NCBI GenBank assembly: GCA_963697335.1
Contig: CAVONQ010000006.1
Coordinates: forward strand, 32,001 to 96,000
DNA: 64,000 nucleotides
Direction: 5' to 3'
DNA from: an uncultured cyanobacterium
GTDB taxonomy: Bacteria; Cyanobacteriota; Cyanobacteriia; PCC-6307; Cyanobiaceae
Below, one piece after another: positions 50,393-60,735 of this stretch (position 1 is its first letter; each line of letters opens with the position of its first letter). The translations under genes and the position numbers were made by a program. The notes beneath the pieces were generated by a model that did not search any database, had not been told where the DNA came from, and saw only the letters and a list, made by a program, of their open reading frames with translations.

Positions 50393-51397
50393 GTGGATCG
50401 CACCCTTATCCAGGAAATTCTCGAAGTTGTCGAGCAGGCCGCCATCGCCTCGGCCGAACTCACGGGCCTGGGCAAGAAGGACGAGGCTGACGCCGCTGCC
50501 GTGGAGGCGATGCGCAAGCGCATGGGCCAGATCACCATGCAGGGTCGCATCGTGATCGGCGAGGGCGAGCGGGATGAGGCACCGATGCTCTACATCGGCG
50601 AAGAGGTGGGCAGCGGTACCGGGCCGGGAGTGGACTTCGCCGTGGACCCCTGCGAGGGCACCAACCTCTGCGCCAACAACCAGCGCGGCTCCATGGCGGT
50701 GCTGGCCGCCTCAGACCGCGGCGGACTGTTCAACGCCCCGGACTTCTACATGAAAAAGCTGGCGGCACCCCCTGCCGCCAAGGGCAAGGTGGACATCCGC
50801 AAGAGTGCCACCGAAAACATCGAGATCCTCAGCCAGTGCCTCGGCATGGCCAAGAGCGACCTGGTGATCGTGGTGATGGACCGTGCCCGCCACAAGGACC
50901 TGATCGCCGAGATCCGCGCCACCGGCGCCCGGGTGCAGCCCATCTCCGACGGTGACGTGCAGGCCGCCATCGCCTGCGGCTTCGCCGGCACCGGCACCCA
51001 CTGCCTGATGGGCATCGGGGCTGCGCCCGAGGGCGTGATCTCCGCCGCCGCCATGCGCGCCCTGGGCGGTCACTTCCAGGGCCAGCTGGTGTACGACCCT
51101 GCCGTGGCCCAGACCAAGGAGTGGGAAGGCCTCACCCGGGAGGGCAACCTGGCCCGCCTGGCCGAGATGGGCATCGCCGAACCCGACAGGATCTACGAAG
51201 CCGATGAGCTGGCATCAGGCGAGAACGTGGTGTTCGCCGGCAGCGGCATCACCGACGGCCTGCTGTTCCACGGGGTGAAATTCGAGCAGGACTGCACCCG
51301 CACCAGCTCCCTGGTGATCAGCACCCTCGACAACACGGCGCGCTTCACCAACACCGTGCACATCAAAGCCGGTGCCCAGAGCATCGCGCTGCGCTGA
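50393..51397 (+). CDS. glpX: Class II fructose-1,6-/sedoheptulose-1,7-bisphosphatase
   Basis: [44 protein letters not shown]. Confidence 0.98.
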   Translation: MDRTLIQEILEVVEQAAIASAELTGLGKKDEADAAAVEAMRKRMGQITMQGRIVIGEGERDEAPMLYIGEEVGSGTGPGVDFAVDPCEGTNLCANNQRGSMAVLAASDRGGLFNAPDFYMKKLAAPPAAKGKVDIRKSATENIEILSQCLGMAKSDLVIVVMDRARHKDLIAEIRATGARVQPISDGDVQAAIACGFAGTGTHCLMGIGAAPEGVISAAAMRALGGHFQGQLVYDPAVAQTKEWEGLTREGNLARLAEMGIAEPDRIYEADELASGENVVFAGSGITDGLLFHGVKFEQDCTRTSSLVISTLDNTARFTNTVHIKAGAQSIALR

Positions 51398-51431
51398 GCC
51401 GGCGCCGATCAGCTCACACCGCGCTGCCACC

Positions 51432-52742
51432 ATGCACATCGCCGTCGTCGGTCTGAGTCATCGCACGGCTCCAGTGGAGATCCGGGAGCGCCTCAGCATC
51501 CCGGAACAGGCCATGGACGCCTCGCTCCAGCAGCTCCGCGACGACGATCAGGTACTGGAGGCCTCGATCCTCAGCACCTGCAACCGCCTGGAGATCTACA
51601 CCCTGCTGCGCCATCCGGAGCAGGGCATCTCCTCGATCGGGGCCTTCCTCAGCCAGCACTCGGGGCTGGCGGTGGATGAGCTCACGCCCCATCTGTTCAC
51701 CTACCACCACGAACAGGCCGTGGACCACCTGCTGAGGGTGGCGGCTGGCCTGGATTCGCTCGTGCTGGGCGAGGGCCAGATCCTCTCCCAGGTGAAGAAG
51801 ATGGTGCGGCTCGGCCAGGAGCACCACTCACTGGGCCCGATTCTGAACCGGCTGCTCAACCAGGCGGTCAGCACCGGCAAGCGGGTGCGCACCGAAACCA
51901 ACCTGGGCACGGGGGCCGTGTCGATCAGCTCCGCAGCCGTGGAGCTGGCCCAGCTGAAGGTGGGCCAGGCCCGGGGGGTCGATGACCTGGTTTCCCTCGA
52001 TCAGGAACAGGTGGCCGTGGTGGGGGCCGGCCGCATGGCGCGGCTGTTGCTGCAGCACCTGCAGTCCAAGGGATGCCGGGGGGTGGTGCTGCTCAACCGC
52101 ACCGTCACCAGAGCGGAGCAGTTGGCGGCAGATTTTCCCGCCCTGCCCGTGCAATGCCGCCCCCTCGACGATCTCGACCACTGCCTCAGCACCTGCTCCC
52201 TGGTGTTCTGCAGCACGGCCGCCGAGGACCCGATCATCAGCGCCGAACGCCTGACGGTGCTCAACCGTCGCAGCTCGCTGATGCTGGTGGACATCGGCGT
52301 CCCCCGCAACATCTCTGCCGACTCCGCCGAAGTGTCTGGGGTTCAGGCCTACGACGTGGACGACCTCCAGGAGGTGGTGGCACGCAATCAGGAAGCGCGC
52401 CGCGAGATGGCCGCCGAGGCCGAAGGCCTGCTGCATGAGGAGTCCCGCCTGTTTCTGGAATGGTGGGACGGCCTCGAGGCGGTGCCCGTGGTGAACCGGC
52501 TGCGGCTGCGGTTGGAGGACATCCGCGAACAGGAGCTCCAGAAGGCGCTGAGCCGCATGGGGCCCGATCTTTCTGGCCGGGAGCGCAAGGTGGTGGAAGC
52601 CCTCAGCAAGGGGATCATCAACAAGATCCTCCATACCCCGGTCACCAACATCCGGGCCCCCCAGCCCCGCGCCCAACGCCGCTCAGCAATGCGGGTGCTG
52701 GAGGAGCTCTTCGAGCTTCAAGACGAAGAGCACAGACCGTGA
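51432..52742 (+). CDS. hemA: Glutamyl-tRNA reductase
   Basis: GLSHRTAPVEIRE, LSTCNRLE, GLDSLVLGEGQIL, GAGRM, DIGVPRN. Confidence 0.98.
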   Translation: MHIAVVGLSHRTAPVEIRERLSIPEQAMDASLQQLRDDDQVLEASILSTCNRLEIYTLLRHPEQGISSIGAFLSQHSGLAVDELTPHLFTYHHEQAVDHLLRVAAGLDSLVLGEGQILSQVKKMVRLGQEHHSLGPILNRLLNQAVSTGKRVRTETNLGTGAVSISSAAVELAQLKVGQARGVDDLVSLDQEQVAVVGAGRMARLLLQHLQSKGCRGVVLLNRTVTRAEQLAADFPALPVQCRPLDDLDHCLSTCSLVFCSTAAEDPIISAERLTVLNRRSSLMLVDIGVPRNISADSAEVSGVQAYDVDDLQEVVARNQEARREMAAEAEGLLHEESRLFLEWWDGLEAVPVVNRLRLRLEDIREQELQKALSRMGPDLSGRERKVVEALSKGIINKILHTPVTNIRAPQPRAQRRSAMRVLEELFELQDEEHRP

Positions 52743-52875
52743 GGTCCCTGCCGGTGACCTGCATCACCTGATCGCGGTGTTGGCCACCACAGTTCAAGCC
52801 GGACGTGAGTCCGGCACTGGCCCGCCGGGACCTCGTTCCTGTACGGTCGCCCCAACAGAGTAGGAATCAGGAAAC

Positions 52876-54171
52876 ATGAAACGCGTTCTCGCCATCATTC
52901 TCGGAGGGGGAGCTGGAACTCGCCTCTATCCACTCACCAAGATGCGCGCCAAGCCGGCTGTGCCTCTGGCCGGCAAGTATCGCCTGATCGATATCCCCAT
53001 CAGCAACTGCATCAACTCGGAGATCAACAAGATCTATGTGCTGACTCAGTTCAATAGTGCCTCCCTGAATCGACACCTGTCGATGAGCTACAACCTCTCG
53101 GCCGGCTTCGGCCAAGGGTTCGTGGAGGTGCTGGCGGCCCAGCAGACGCCCGACAGCCCGAGCTGGTTTGAGGGCACCGCCGATGCAGTGCGCAAATACC
53201 AGTGGCTGTTCCAGGAGTGGGACGTGGATCACTACCTGATCCTCTCCGGCGACCAGCTCTACCGGATGGACTACAGCCTGTTCGTGCAGCACCACATCGA
53301 CAGTGGTGCCGATCTCTCCGTGGGAGCCCTGCCGGTGGATCCAGCCCAGGCCGAGGCCTTCGGCCTGATGCGCACCGACTCTCAGGGCCGCATCCAGGAG
53401 TTCCGCGAGAAGCCCAAGGGTGCGGATCTGGAGGCAATGCGGGTGGACACCGAGAGCCTGGGGCTCTCACGGGAGGAGGCGGCGCTAAGGCCCCACCTGG
53501 CCTCGATGGGGATCTATGTGTTCAGCCGCCAGACCCTCTTTGACCTGCTGAACACCAATCCCACTGCGAAGGACTTCGGTAAAGAGATCATTCCGATCTC
53601 CTTGGCCCGGGGGGATCAGCTGTGCAGCTATCTCTTCAATGACTACTGGGAAGACATCGGCACAATCGGTGCCTTCTATGAGGCGAATCTAGCTCTCACC
53701 GAGCAGCCCAATCCCCCGTTCTCGTTCTACGACGAAAAGTTTCCGATCTACACCCGCCCGCGCTACCTGCCGCCCAGCAAGCTTCAGGACGCCCAGGTCA
53801 CCGAGTCGATCATCGGCGAGGGCTCCCTGCTCAAGGCCTGCAGCATCCATCACTGCGTGCTGGGGGTGAGAAGCCGGGTTGAAAATAACGTGGTGCTTCA
53901 GGACACCTTGGTGATGGGTTCGGATTACTTCGAGTCGTCTGAGGAGCGCAAGGCCCTGAGGCAGCGAGGCGGCATCCCCCTGGGTGTGGGCAGTGGCACC
54001 ACCGTGAAGCGCGCCATTCTCGACAAGAACGTGCGCATCGGCAAAGACGTGACCATCATCAACAAGGATCACGTGGAAGAAGCGGATCGTCCGGAGCTGA
54101 ACTTCTACATCCGTAACGGAATCGTGGTGGTTGTGAAGAATGGCACCATCGCTGACGGCAGTGTGATCTGA
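52876..54171 (+). CDS. glgC: Glucose-1-phosphate adenylyltransferase
   Basis: [45 protein letters not shown]. Confidence 0.99.
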   Translation: MKRVLAIILGGGAGTRLYPLTKMRAKPAVPLAGKYRLIDIPISNCINSEINKIYVLTQFNSASLNRHLSMSYNLSAGFGQGFVEVLAAQQTPDSPSWFEGTADAVRKYQWLFQEWDVDHYLILSGDQLYRMDYSLFVQHHIDSGADLSVGALPVDPAQAEAFGLMRTDSQGRIQEFREKPKGADLEAMRVDTESLGLSREEAALRPHLASMGIYVFSRQTLFDLLNTNPTAKDFGKEIIPISLARGDQLCSYLFNDYWEDIGTIGAFYEANLALTEQPNPPFSFYDEKFPIYTRPRYLPPSKLQDAQVTESIIGEGSLLKACSIHHCVLGVRSRVENNVVLQDTLVMGSDYFESSEERKALRQRGGIPLGVGSGTTVKRAILDKNVRIGKDVTIINKDHVEEADRPELNFYIRNGIVVVVKNGTIADGSVI

Positions 54172-54287
54172 GGCCCCAGGCCTTAATCAGGCCAGGAGAT
54201 GCTGACACAGGCGCCTGGGTTGTGACGGTTCAGCCCCGCTGGCCGGGGCTCTGGCCACACTGAGGACACAGCCCTTTTTCCAACTGC

Positions 54288-55706
54288 ATGGGTACGGCAC
54301 ATTTTGGTCTGATCGGCCTTGGCGTGATGGGAGAGAACCTGGTTCTCAATGCCGAGCGCAACGGGTTTTCGAGCGTTGTCTACAACCGCACCTACGCCAA
54401 GACCGAGGCGTTTCTGCAGGGCCGCGGTGCCGGCAAGGACATTGTCGGGGCCAAGACTCTGGAGGAGTTCGTGGCGGCCCTGGAGCAGCCCAGGCGGATC
54501 CTGATGATGGTGAAAGCCGGCCAGCCGGTGGATGACACCATCGCCTCGATTGCACCCCTGCTGGCGGAGGGAGACCTGCTCATCGATGGCGGCAATTCCC
54601 TGTACGCCGATACGGAACGGCGGGTGGCGGAGCTGGAAAGCAAGAGCTTCGGCTACATCGGCATGGGGGTGTCCGGCGGTGCCAAGGGAGCCCTGGAGGG
54701 CCCGAGCATGATGCCGGGGGGCACCCGCAGCGCCTACGACGCCATCGAGCCCCTGGTGCGCAAGATGGCCGCCCAGGTGGAAGACGGCCCCTGCGTCACC
54801 TACATCGGCCCCGGTGGTGCCGGCCACTTCGTCAAGACGGTGCACAACGGCATCGAGTACGGCATCGAGCAGATCCTGGCCGAGGCCTACGACCTCATGA
54901 AGCGCTGCGGCGGCATGGGCGGTGACGCCATGGCCGATGTGCTGGGCCTGTGGAACACCACCGAGGAACTGGCCTCCTTCCTGGTGGAGATCACCGAGGA
55001 GTGCCTGCGCACCAAGGACCCCGCCAGCGGCGCTGATCTGGTGGAGCTGATCGTGGATGCGGCCGGCCAGAAGGGCACCGGGCTCTGGACCGTGGTGAGT
55101 GCCCTGGAGATGGGGGTGCCGGTGCCCACCATCTATGCCGCCCTCAATGCCCGGGTGATGAGCTCCCTGCGGCCGGAGCGCCTCAAGGCCGAGGCAGTGC
55201 TGCCCGCCCCGCCGGCCCATGCGGTGGATCTCGGCGATGTCGCCGCGGGCCTGCCCCCCCTGCGCGATGCCTGCATCGCCGCCTGCATCGTGAGCTACGG
55301 CCAGGGCATGGCCCTGCTGCAGGAGGCCTCCAAGCTGCACGACTACGCCCTCGACTTCGCGGCGATCGGCCAGATCTGGAAGGGCGGCTGCATCATTCGC
55401 GCCCGCCTGCTGCAACGCATCCAGGATGCCTACACCGCAGCGCCCGAGCTGCCGAACCTGATGCTGGATCCCTGGTTCGCCCAGCAGATCAACCAGCGGC
55501 TGCCGGGCCTGCGTCAGATCGTGGCCGGCGCCGCCCTGGCCGGGATCCCGGTGCCCTGCCTCTCCAGCACGCTCGACTACATCGACAGCTACCGCACCGC
55601 TCGCCTGCCCCAGAACCTGGTGCAGGCCATGCGCGACTGCTTTGGCTCCCACACCTATGAGCGGGTCGATCAGCCAGGATCGTTCCATACCGAATGGATC
55701 AGCTGA
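54288..55706 (+). CDS. gnd: 6-phosphogluconate dehydrogenase (NADP, decarboxylating)
   Basis: GLIGLGVMG, YNRT, DGGNS, VKTVHNGIEY, QKGTG, RDCFGSHTY. Confidence 0.98.
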   Translation: MGTAHFGLIGLGVMGENLVLNAERNGFSSVVYNRTYAKTEAFLQGRGAGKDIVGAKTLEEFVAALEQPRRILMMVKAGQPVDDTIASIAPLLAEGDLLIDGGNSLYADTERRVAELESKSFGYIGMGVSGGAKGALEGPSMMPGGTRSAYDAIEPLVRKMAAQVEDGPCVTYIGPGGAGHFVKTVHNGIEYGIEQILAEAYDLMKRCGGMGGDAMADVLGLWNTTEELASFLVEITEECLRTKDPASGADLVELIVDAAGQKGTGLWTVVSALEMGVPVPTIYAALNARVMSSLRPERLKAEAVLPAPPAHAVDLGDVAAGLPPLRDACIAACIVSYGQGMALLQEASKLHDYALDFAAIGQIWKGGCIIRARLLQRIQDAYTAAPELPNLMLDPWFAQQINQRLPGLRQIVAGAALAGIPVPCLSSTLDYIDSYRTARLPQNLVQAMRDCFGSHTYERVDQPGSFHTEWIS

Positions 55707-55716
55707 GGCGTAAGCG

Positions 55717-56463
55717 ATGCAACCTGCCAGCAGCACCCGATCGGAGGGCACGGCCTACACCCTGGAGCGCTGGGAGAGTGGCGAGCAGCTGGCGCACCGC
55801 GCCGCCGAGCTGATCGCCACCGCCATCGACCTGGGCCTGGCCCAGCGGGATCGCTGCCAGATCGCCCTGGCGGGTGGCACCACCCCGGAGGCGGCCTACA
55901 GACGGCTGGGGCAGGAACGACTGGCCTGGGATCGGGTGGATGTGCTGCTGGGCGATGAGCGCTGGGTTCCAGCCGATGACCCGGCCAGCAACACCCTGAT
56001 GCTGCGGCGTTCGCTGCTGGCCCAGCCCCCCGGCAGCGGCGCTCGCCTTCACCCGGTGGCCACGGAGCTGGCCAGTCCGGAGGAAGGGGCCAGGGCCTAT
56101 GCCGAGCTGCTGCGCCTGCTCTGCCCCGGTGATCCGCCGATCCTGGATCTGGTGCTGCTCGGCCTCGGGGACGATGGCCACACCGCCTCCCTGTTTCCGG
56201 GCACCGGCGCCGCCCTGGAGCGCCAGCGGCTGGTGACCGTGGGCGAGGGCAAGGGACTGCCCCGGATCACGCTCACGGCGCCCGTGCTGTCGGCAGCACG
56301 GCGGGTGATCTTCCTGGTGAGTGGTGCGGGCAAGGCCGAGGCCCTGCAGCGGCTGCTGGATCCCATGGAACCTGCGGAGCGCACCCCGGCGCGGCTGGTG
56401 CAGCCCTCCTCCACCATCACCGTGCTCGCCGACCATGCAGCGGCAGCGGCCCTGGCGCCGTGA
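55717..56463 (+). CDS. pgl: 6-phosphogluconolactonase
   Basis: ALAGGTTP, GDERWVP..SN, LGLGDDGHTASLFP, RITLT. Confidence 0.96.
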   Translation: MQPASSTRSEGTAYTLERWESGEQLAHRAAELIATAIDLGLAQRDRCQIALAGGTTPEAAYRRLGQERLAWDRVDVLLGDERWVPADDPASNTLMLRRSLLAQPPGSGARLHPVATELASPEEGARAYAELLRLLCPGDPPILDLVLLGLGDDGHTASLFPGTGAALERQRLVTVGEGKGLPRITLTAPVLSAARRVIFLVSGAGKAEALQRLLDPMEPAERTPARLVQPSSTITVLADHAAAAALAP

Positions 56464-57002
56464 TGGACATCGTGACGGGGGATGGCTTCAGCGGCTGGCA
56501 GGCCCTGAACGACACGATCATGGGGGGCCGCAGCCAGGGGCGCTGCCAGGCCGGCCCTGGCGGTCTGCAGTTCACGGGCGAGCTGGTGGAGGAGGGTGGT
56601 GGGTTCGTGAGCTGTCGTTCGCCCCTGTTCTCGCCGCCCCTGGATCTCTCCAGCGCTGAAGGCCTGGAAGTGGAGCTGGTGGGCGCTGGGCGGCGCTTCA
56701 AGCTGGCGGTGGCCTGCGCGGATGGGGTGGCTGGCCTCACGGAACTGATCCCAGGCGGTCTGCGCTGGGTGGTGGAGTTCGCCACCCAGGCCGAGGGCAG
56801 CACGCAGCTGAGGATTCCCTTCAGCAGCCTGCGCCCCTCGGTGCGGGCCCGGCCGGTGGGCCTGCCGCTGCGCTTTGATGCCTCCCGCATCAACCGCCTG
56901 CAGCTGCTGCACTCCCGCTTCGGCGATGACGGCAGCCCCAATGCGGGCTTCCGGCCTGGCCCGATCGTCTTTGACCTCCAGGCCATTCGCACCTATCCCT
57001 GA
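56460..57002 (+). CDS. CIA30/NDUFAF1-family protein
   Basis: WQALNDTIMGGRS, GGGFVSCRS, IPFSSL. Confidence 0.87.
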   Translation: MMDIVTGDGFSGWQALNDTIMGGRSQGRCQAGPGGLQFTGELVEEGGGFVSCRSPLFSPPLDLSSAEGLEVELVGAGRRFKLAVACADGVAGLTELIPGGLRWVVEFATQAEGSTQLRIPFSSLRPSVRARPVGLPLRFDASRINRLQLLHSRFGDDGSPNAGFRPGPIVFDLQAIRTYP

Positions 57003-57444
57003 CCCCAGCTGCCTGCCCGAGGCCGACCTGGCCCAACGCGTGGCGGCGGCGGCCGACCTCTGCCGCAAGCCGTTGCGCCACGCCGTGCTGGCTACCACCG
57101 ACCCCGCCAACCCGGACGCGACCAGCCTGGAGCAGGTGGCCGAGCCAGGTGATTGCTGCCTGAAGCTGGAGGTGCGCAGCCCTGCCGGCGAACGCCTTGC
57201 TGAGGAGGATCTCGAACTGGAGCTCTACCGCAGTGGCGATGACCTCCACCTCACCCTGGCCTGGGCCGCGGACCCGGAGCTCCCCATGCTGTGGCAGGGA
57301 CGCCATCCGGTGTGGATGAGCAGCAACGGCAGCCGCTGTGAGCGGCCAGCGGCTGGCTTGCCACTGGAAGCGCTGGCGCGGCGGCTGCGGGCCCTGCTCA
57401 GGCCGGAACCACTCACTCCTGATCCGCTCAGGCCAGATCGGTGA
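56878..57444 (+). CDS. Conserved hypothetical protein
   Basis: [13 protein letters not shown]...[13 protein letters not shown]...[12 protein letters not shown]...LEALARR; true start probably near the CIA30 stop but not resolved. Confidence 0.6.
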   Translation: MPPASTACSCCTPASAMTAAPMRASGLARSSLTSRPFAPIPDPSCLPEADLAQRVAAAADLCRKPLRHAVLATTDPANPDATSLEQVAEPGDCCLKLEVRSPAGERLAEEDLELELYRSGDDLHLTLAWAADPELPMLWQGRHPVWMSSNGSRCERPAAGLPLEALARRLRALLRPEPLTPDPLRPDR

Positions 57445-59098
57445 CGGCCCCCAGGCTGCTGCTGCTCACCAGGCGGGCGTACTTGCCCAGAACGCCGGTG
57501 CGGTAGCGGGGTTCGGGGCGCACCCAGGCCGCCCGCCGGCGCTGCAGCTCCTCGGCGGGCACGTTGAGCTGCAGCAGCAACTGATCCGCATCCACGGTGA
57601 TGCTGTCGCCCTCCTGCACGAGGCCGATGGTGCCGCCGACGGCCGCTTCCGGTGCCACGTGGCCCACCACCAGGCCGTAGGAACCGCCGGAAAAGCGGCC
57701 ATCGGTGATCAGGGCCACCGATTCCCCCAGCCCCTGGCCCACGATCGCGGCGGTGGGGGAGAGCATCTCCCGCATGCCCGGGCCGCCCACCGGGCCCTCG
57801 TAGCGCACCACCACCACATCACCGGCATGGACACCGCCGGCCAGGATCGCCTCCAGGGCACTCTCCTCACTCTCGAACACCCGCGCCGGCCCGGTGATCA
57901 CCGGGGTCTTGACGCCTGAGATCTTGGCCACGGCCCCCTCCTCGGCCAGGTTGCCCTTGAGGATCGCCAGGTGGCCCTTGGCGTAGAGGGGATTGCTGAG
58001 CGGGCGGATCACATCCTGGTCTGCCGGTGGAGTGGAGGGCACGTCGGCCAGCACCTGCCGCAGGGTGCGGCCCTCGATCGTGCGGCAGTCGCCGTGCAGC
58101 AGGCCGGCATCCAGCAACAGCTTCATCACCTGGGGAATGCCCCCGGCCCGGTGGAGATCCACCGTCACGTAGCGACCGCTGGGCTTGAGGTCGCAGATCA
58201 CCGGCACCCGCTGCCGGATCAGCTCGAAGTCGTCGATGCTGAGGGGCACGCCGGCCGTACGCGCGATGGCCAGCAGGTGCAGCACCGAATTGGTGGAGCC
58301 GCCCACGGCCATGATCACGCTGATGGCATTTTCAAAGGCCTCCCGGGTGAGCAGATCGCGCGGGCGGATGTCCGCGGCGATCGCCTGCACGAGCACCTCG
58401 GCGGAGCGGGCGGCACTCTCGGCCTTCTCCGGGTCTTCGGCCGCCATGGTGGAGCTGTAGGGAAGGCTGAGGCCCAGCACCTCGAAGGCCGAACTCATCG
58501 TGTTGGCGGTGAACATGCCACCGCAGCTGCCGGCACCGGGGCAGGCGTTCTTCTCGATGGCGGTGAGCTCGGCCTCGTCGATGCGGCCGCCGGAAAACTG
58601 GCCCACGGCCTCAAAGGCGCTCACCACGGTGAGATCGCAGGGCCCGAGTTTGCCGGGTTTGATCGTGCCGCCGTACACGAAGATCGCCGGGATGTTCATG
58701 CGGGCCATGGCCAGCATGGCTCCAGGCATGTTCTTGTCGCAGCCGCCCACCGCCAGCAGGCCGTCCATGCTCTGGGCGTTGCAGGCGGTTTCGATCGAGT
58801 CGGCGATCACTTCGCGGCTCACCAGGGAATACTTCATCCCCTCGGTGCCCATGGAGATGCCATCACTCACCGTGATGGTGCCGAAGGTCTGGGGCATCGC
58901 CCCGGCCAGCTGGGCGGCCTGCTCGGCCCGGCGGGTGAGGTCGTTGAGGCCGAGGTTGCAGGGCGTGATCGTGCTGTAGCCGTTGGCGATGCCGATGATC
59001 GGCTTGCCGAAGTCGCCGTCGCCGAAGCCCACCGCCCGCAGCATGGCCCGGTTCGGGGAACGCTGAACGCCCTGGGTGATGGCAGCGGATCGGAGCAT
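57428..59098 (-). CDS. ilvD: Dihydroxy-acid dehydratase
   Basis: [51 protein letters not shown]. Confidence 0.98.
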   Translation of the reverse strand: MLRSAAITQGVQRSPNRAMLRAVGFGDGDFGKPIIGIANGYSTITPCNLGLNDLTRRAEQAAQLAGAMPQTFGTITVSDGISMGTEGMKYSLVSREVIADSIETACNAQSMDGLLAVGGCDKNMPGAMLAMARMNIPAIFVYGGTIKPGKLGPCDLTVVSAFEAVGQFSGGRIDEAELTAIEKNACPGAGSCGGMFTANTMSSAFEVLGLSLPYSSTMAAEDPEKAESAARSAEVLVQAIAADIRPRDLLTREAFENAISVIMAVGGSTNSVLHLLAIARTAGVPLSIDDFELIRQRVPVICDLKPSGRYVTVDLHRAGGIPQVMKLLLDAGLLHGDCRTIEGRTLRQVLADVPSTPPADQDVIRPLSNPLYAKGHLAILKGNLAEEGAVAKISGVKTPVITGPARVFESEESALEAILAGGVHAGDVVVVRYEGPVGGPGMREMLSPTAAIVGQGLGESVALITDGRFSGGSYGLVVGHVAPEAAVGGTIGLVQEGDSITVDADQLLLQLNVPAEELQRRRAAWVRPEPRYRTGVLGKYARLVSSSSLGAVTDLA

Positions 59099-59127
59099 GG
59101 CCTCAGCGGAAAGTGCCTGCAAGCAAC

Positions 59128-59490
59128 CTACCGAGGGCCCTGCCGGCCGATGCTGAGGCTCTCCAGCTGGCGGCGCACATCCTCGATGGCCTCGTTGAGC
59201 TGGTGCACCTTCTGGTGCAGCTCCCGGTCGTTGCTGGCCGTCAGGGAGGCCGGTGCCGGCAGGCCCTCCACCGCCCCGCCGCTCTCCTGCAGTCGCGAGA
59301 GCCGCAGCACCCGCTGCTGACGCATGCTGCCGCGGCGCTGGTCCGCTTTTGACAGCAGCCACCAGCCCAGGCCGGCTGCGCCGAGCACGGCCCCGGCCAG
59401 GGCACTGATCAGCAGGGCCGAGGAGCCGCCGCCTGCGGCGCTGGCCGCCGCACCGCCCGGGTGTCCCTGACCAGCCTGGCGATCAGCCAT
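59128..59490 (-). CDS. Conserved hypothetical protein with an N-terminal Gly-rich TM and a C-terminal coiled coil
   Basis: [37 protein letters not shown]. Confidence 0.7.
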   Translation of the reverse strand: MADRQAGQGHPGGAAASAAGGGSSALLISALAGAVLGAAGLGWWLLSKADQRRGSMRQQRVLRLSRLQESGGAVEGLPAPASLTASNDRELHQKVHQLNEAIEDVRRQLESLSIGRQGPR

Positions 59491-59514
59491 CAGCAGCGCA
59501 CAAGTGTGCCAACC

Positions 59515-60171
59515 CTAGGCAGAGGCGGCGGCGGGGACGACAGCTCCGTTCCCCGGAATGCCGAAGAGTCGCTCGGCCACGGCACCGATGCCTGGATCAA
59601 TCGCCCCCTCGCCGGTCAGGTCGGGATCGATGCAGCCGGCATAGAGGGTGAGGCTGGGGAACTGCTCACCGATGGCCTTCAGGCCCGGCGAGGCCACCAG
59701 GGCCGTGATCACCCGCAGCCGTTCGCCCTCAACCCCCCGCTGCCGCAGTTGGTGGAGCAGCTCCAGCAGGCTGTGGCCGGACGCCACCTCCGGCGTGAAC
59801 ACCAGCACGCCGCAACGGCTCTCGATCTCTGCTGGCAAGAGGGTGCCAAGGCGGTCCACGTGGCGCACACGGGCCGCCGGCAACACAGCCCGGGCCCCAT
59901 CCCAGAGCCCCAGGCCCGCGGTGAGCACGGGCAGGGCCAGGATCGGCACCTCCCCATCCACCACCCGCCCCTCGGTGGCGCCCAGGCAGCCCTCGATCGG
60001 GGTGTTGCGCTGGGGCAACCAGTCGCGCACAGCCTCGTAGGTGAGCCAGCGACCCAACTCAGCCGTAGCGGTGGCATAGACGGCCGCTGGGGTGTGCCTG
60101 CTGCGCAACACACTGAGCCAGTGGCCGATCAGGGGGTGGGGGGGAACCACCACCCGCAGGGTCATCCCCAT
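59515..60171 (-). CDS. upp: Uracil phosphoribosyltransferase family protein
   Basis: LRVVVPPHPLIGHWLSVLR, ELGRWLTYEA, IDPGIG; PRPP loop degenerate (TPEVASG). Confidence 0.82.
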   Translation of the reverse strand: MGMTLRVVVPPHPLIGHWLSVLRSRHTPAAVYATATAELGRWLTYEAVRDWLPQRNTPIEGCLGATEGRVVDGEVPILALPVLTAGLGLWDGARAVLPAARVRHVDRLGTLLPAEIESRCGVLVFTPEVASGHSLLELLHQLRQRGVEGERLRVITALVASPGLKAIGEQFPSLTLYAGCIDPDLTGEGAIDPGIGAVAERLFGIPGNGAVVPAAASA

Positions 60172-60210
60172 GGTTGCCATAACTTGATGCCTCACCGTAG
60201 TTGTGCGTCC

Positions 60211-60735
60211 ATGGCCGGCACCCGCTCGCCGCTCCACCCCCTGTCACGCCTGCTGCTGGTCGGCGTGCTCTTGCTGGGGGTGCTGGTCGGTGGGTCCCCG
60301 GCGGCCCTGGCGATCACCGCCCCCGAGCTGCGTGGCCAGCGGGCCGTCCAGGATCTGCAGCCGGACATGCACGGCCGCAACCTGCGTCAGCAGGAATTTC
60401 TCAAGGCCAGCCTGGATGGCTTCGACTTCAGCGAGGCCGACCTGCGCGGCGCCGTGTTCAACGGCAGCTCCCTGCGGCAGGCGAATCTGCAGGGAGCCAA
60501 CCTCGAAGACGTGGTGGCCTTCGCCAGCCGCTTCGACGACAGCAACCTGGAGGGGGCGGTGCTGCGCAACGGCATGCTGATGCAGAGCCGCTTCCGCGGC
60601 AGCCAGATCGAAGGGGCCGACTTCACCGACGCCGTGCTCGACCTGCCCGAACAGAAGGCGCTCTGCGCCCGTGCCAGCGGCACCAATCCGCTCACCGGCG
60701 TGAGCACCCGCGAGAGCCTCGCCTGCCGCCCATGA
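60211..60735 (+). CDS. Pentapeptide-repeat protein, probably lumenal or exported
   Basis: Signal peptide; ADLRG/ANLQG/ANLED repeats; GADFTDA; LCARASGTNP.TGVSTRESL.C. Confidence 0.92.
   Translation: MAGTRSPLHPLSRLLLVGVLLLGVLVGGSPAALAITAPELRGQRAVQDLQPDMHGRNLRQQEFLKASLDGFDFSEADLRGAVFNGSSLRQANLQGANLEDVVAFASRFDDSNLEGAVLRNGMLMQSRFRGSQIEGADFTDAVLDLPEQKALCARASGTNPLTGVSTRESLACRP

Noticed and set aside
2939..58385. Scattered HIP1 octamers (GCGATCGC)
   Set aside because: Only a handful noticed, mostly explained by Ala-Ile-Ala codons in GC-rich genes; not the dense pattern of HIP1-rich cyanobacteria. Not counted exhaustively
57428..59362. Extended N-termini or apparent fusions in the ORF track (ilvD to 59362, sir to 39575, lspA to 21945, purQ from 62193, cobW from 60201)
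   Set aside because: Artefacts of taking the first possible start; the extensions overlap neighbouring real genes and family similarity starts at the downstream starts used here
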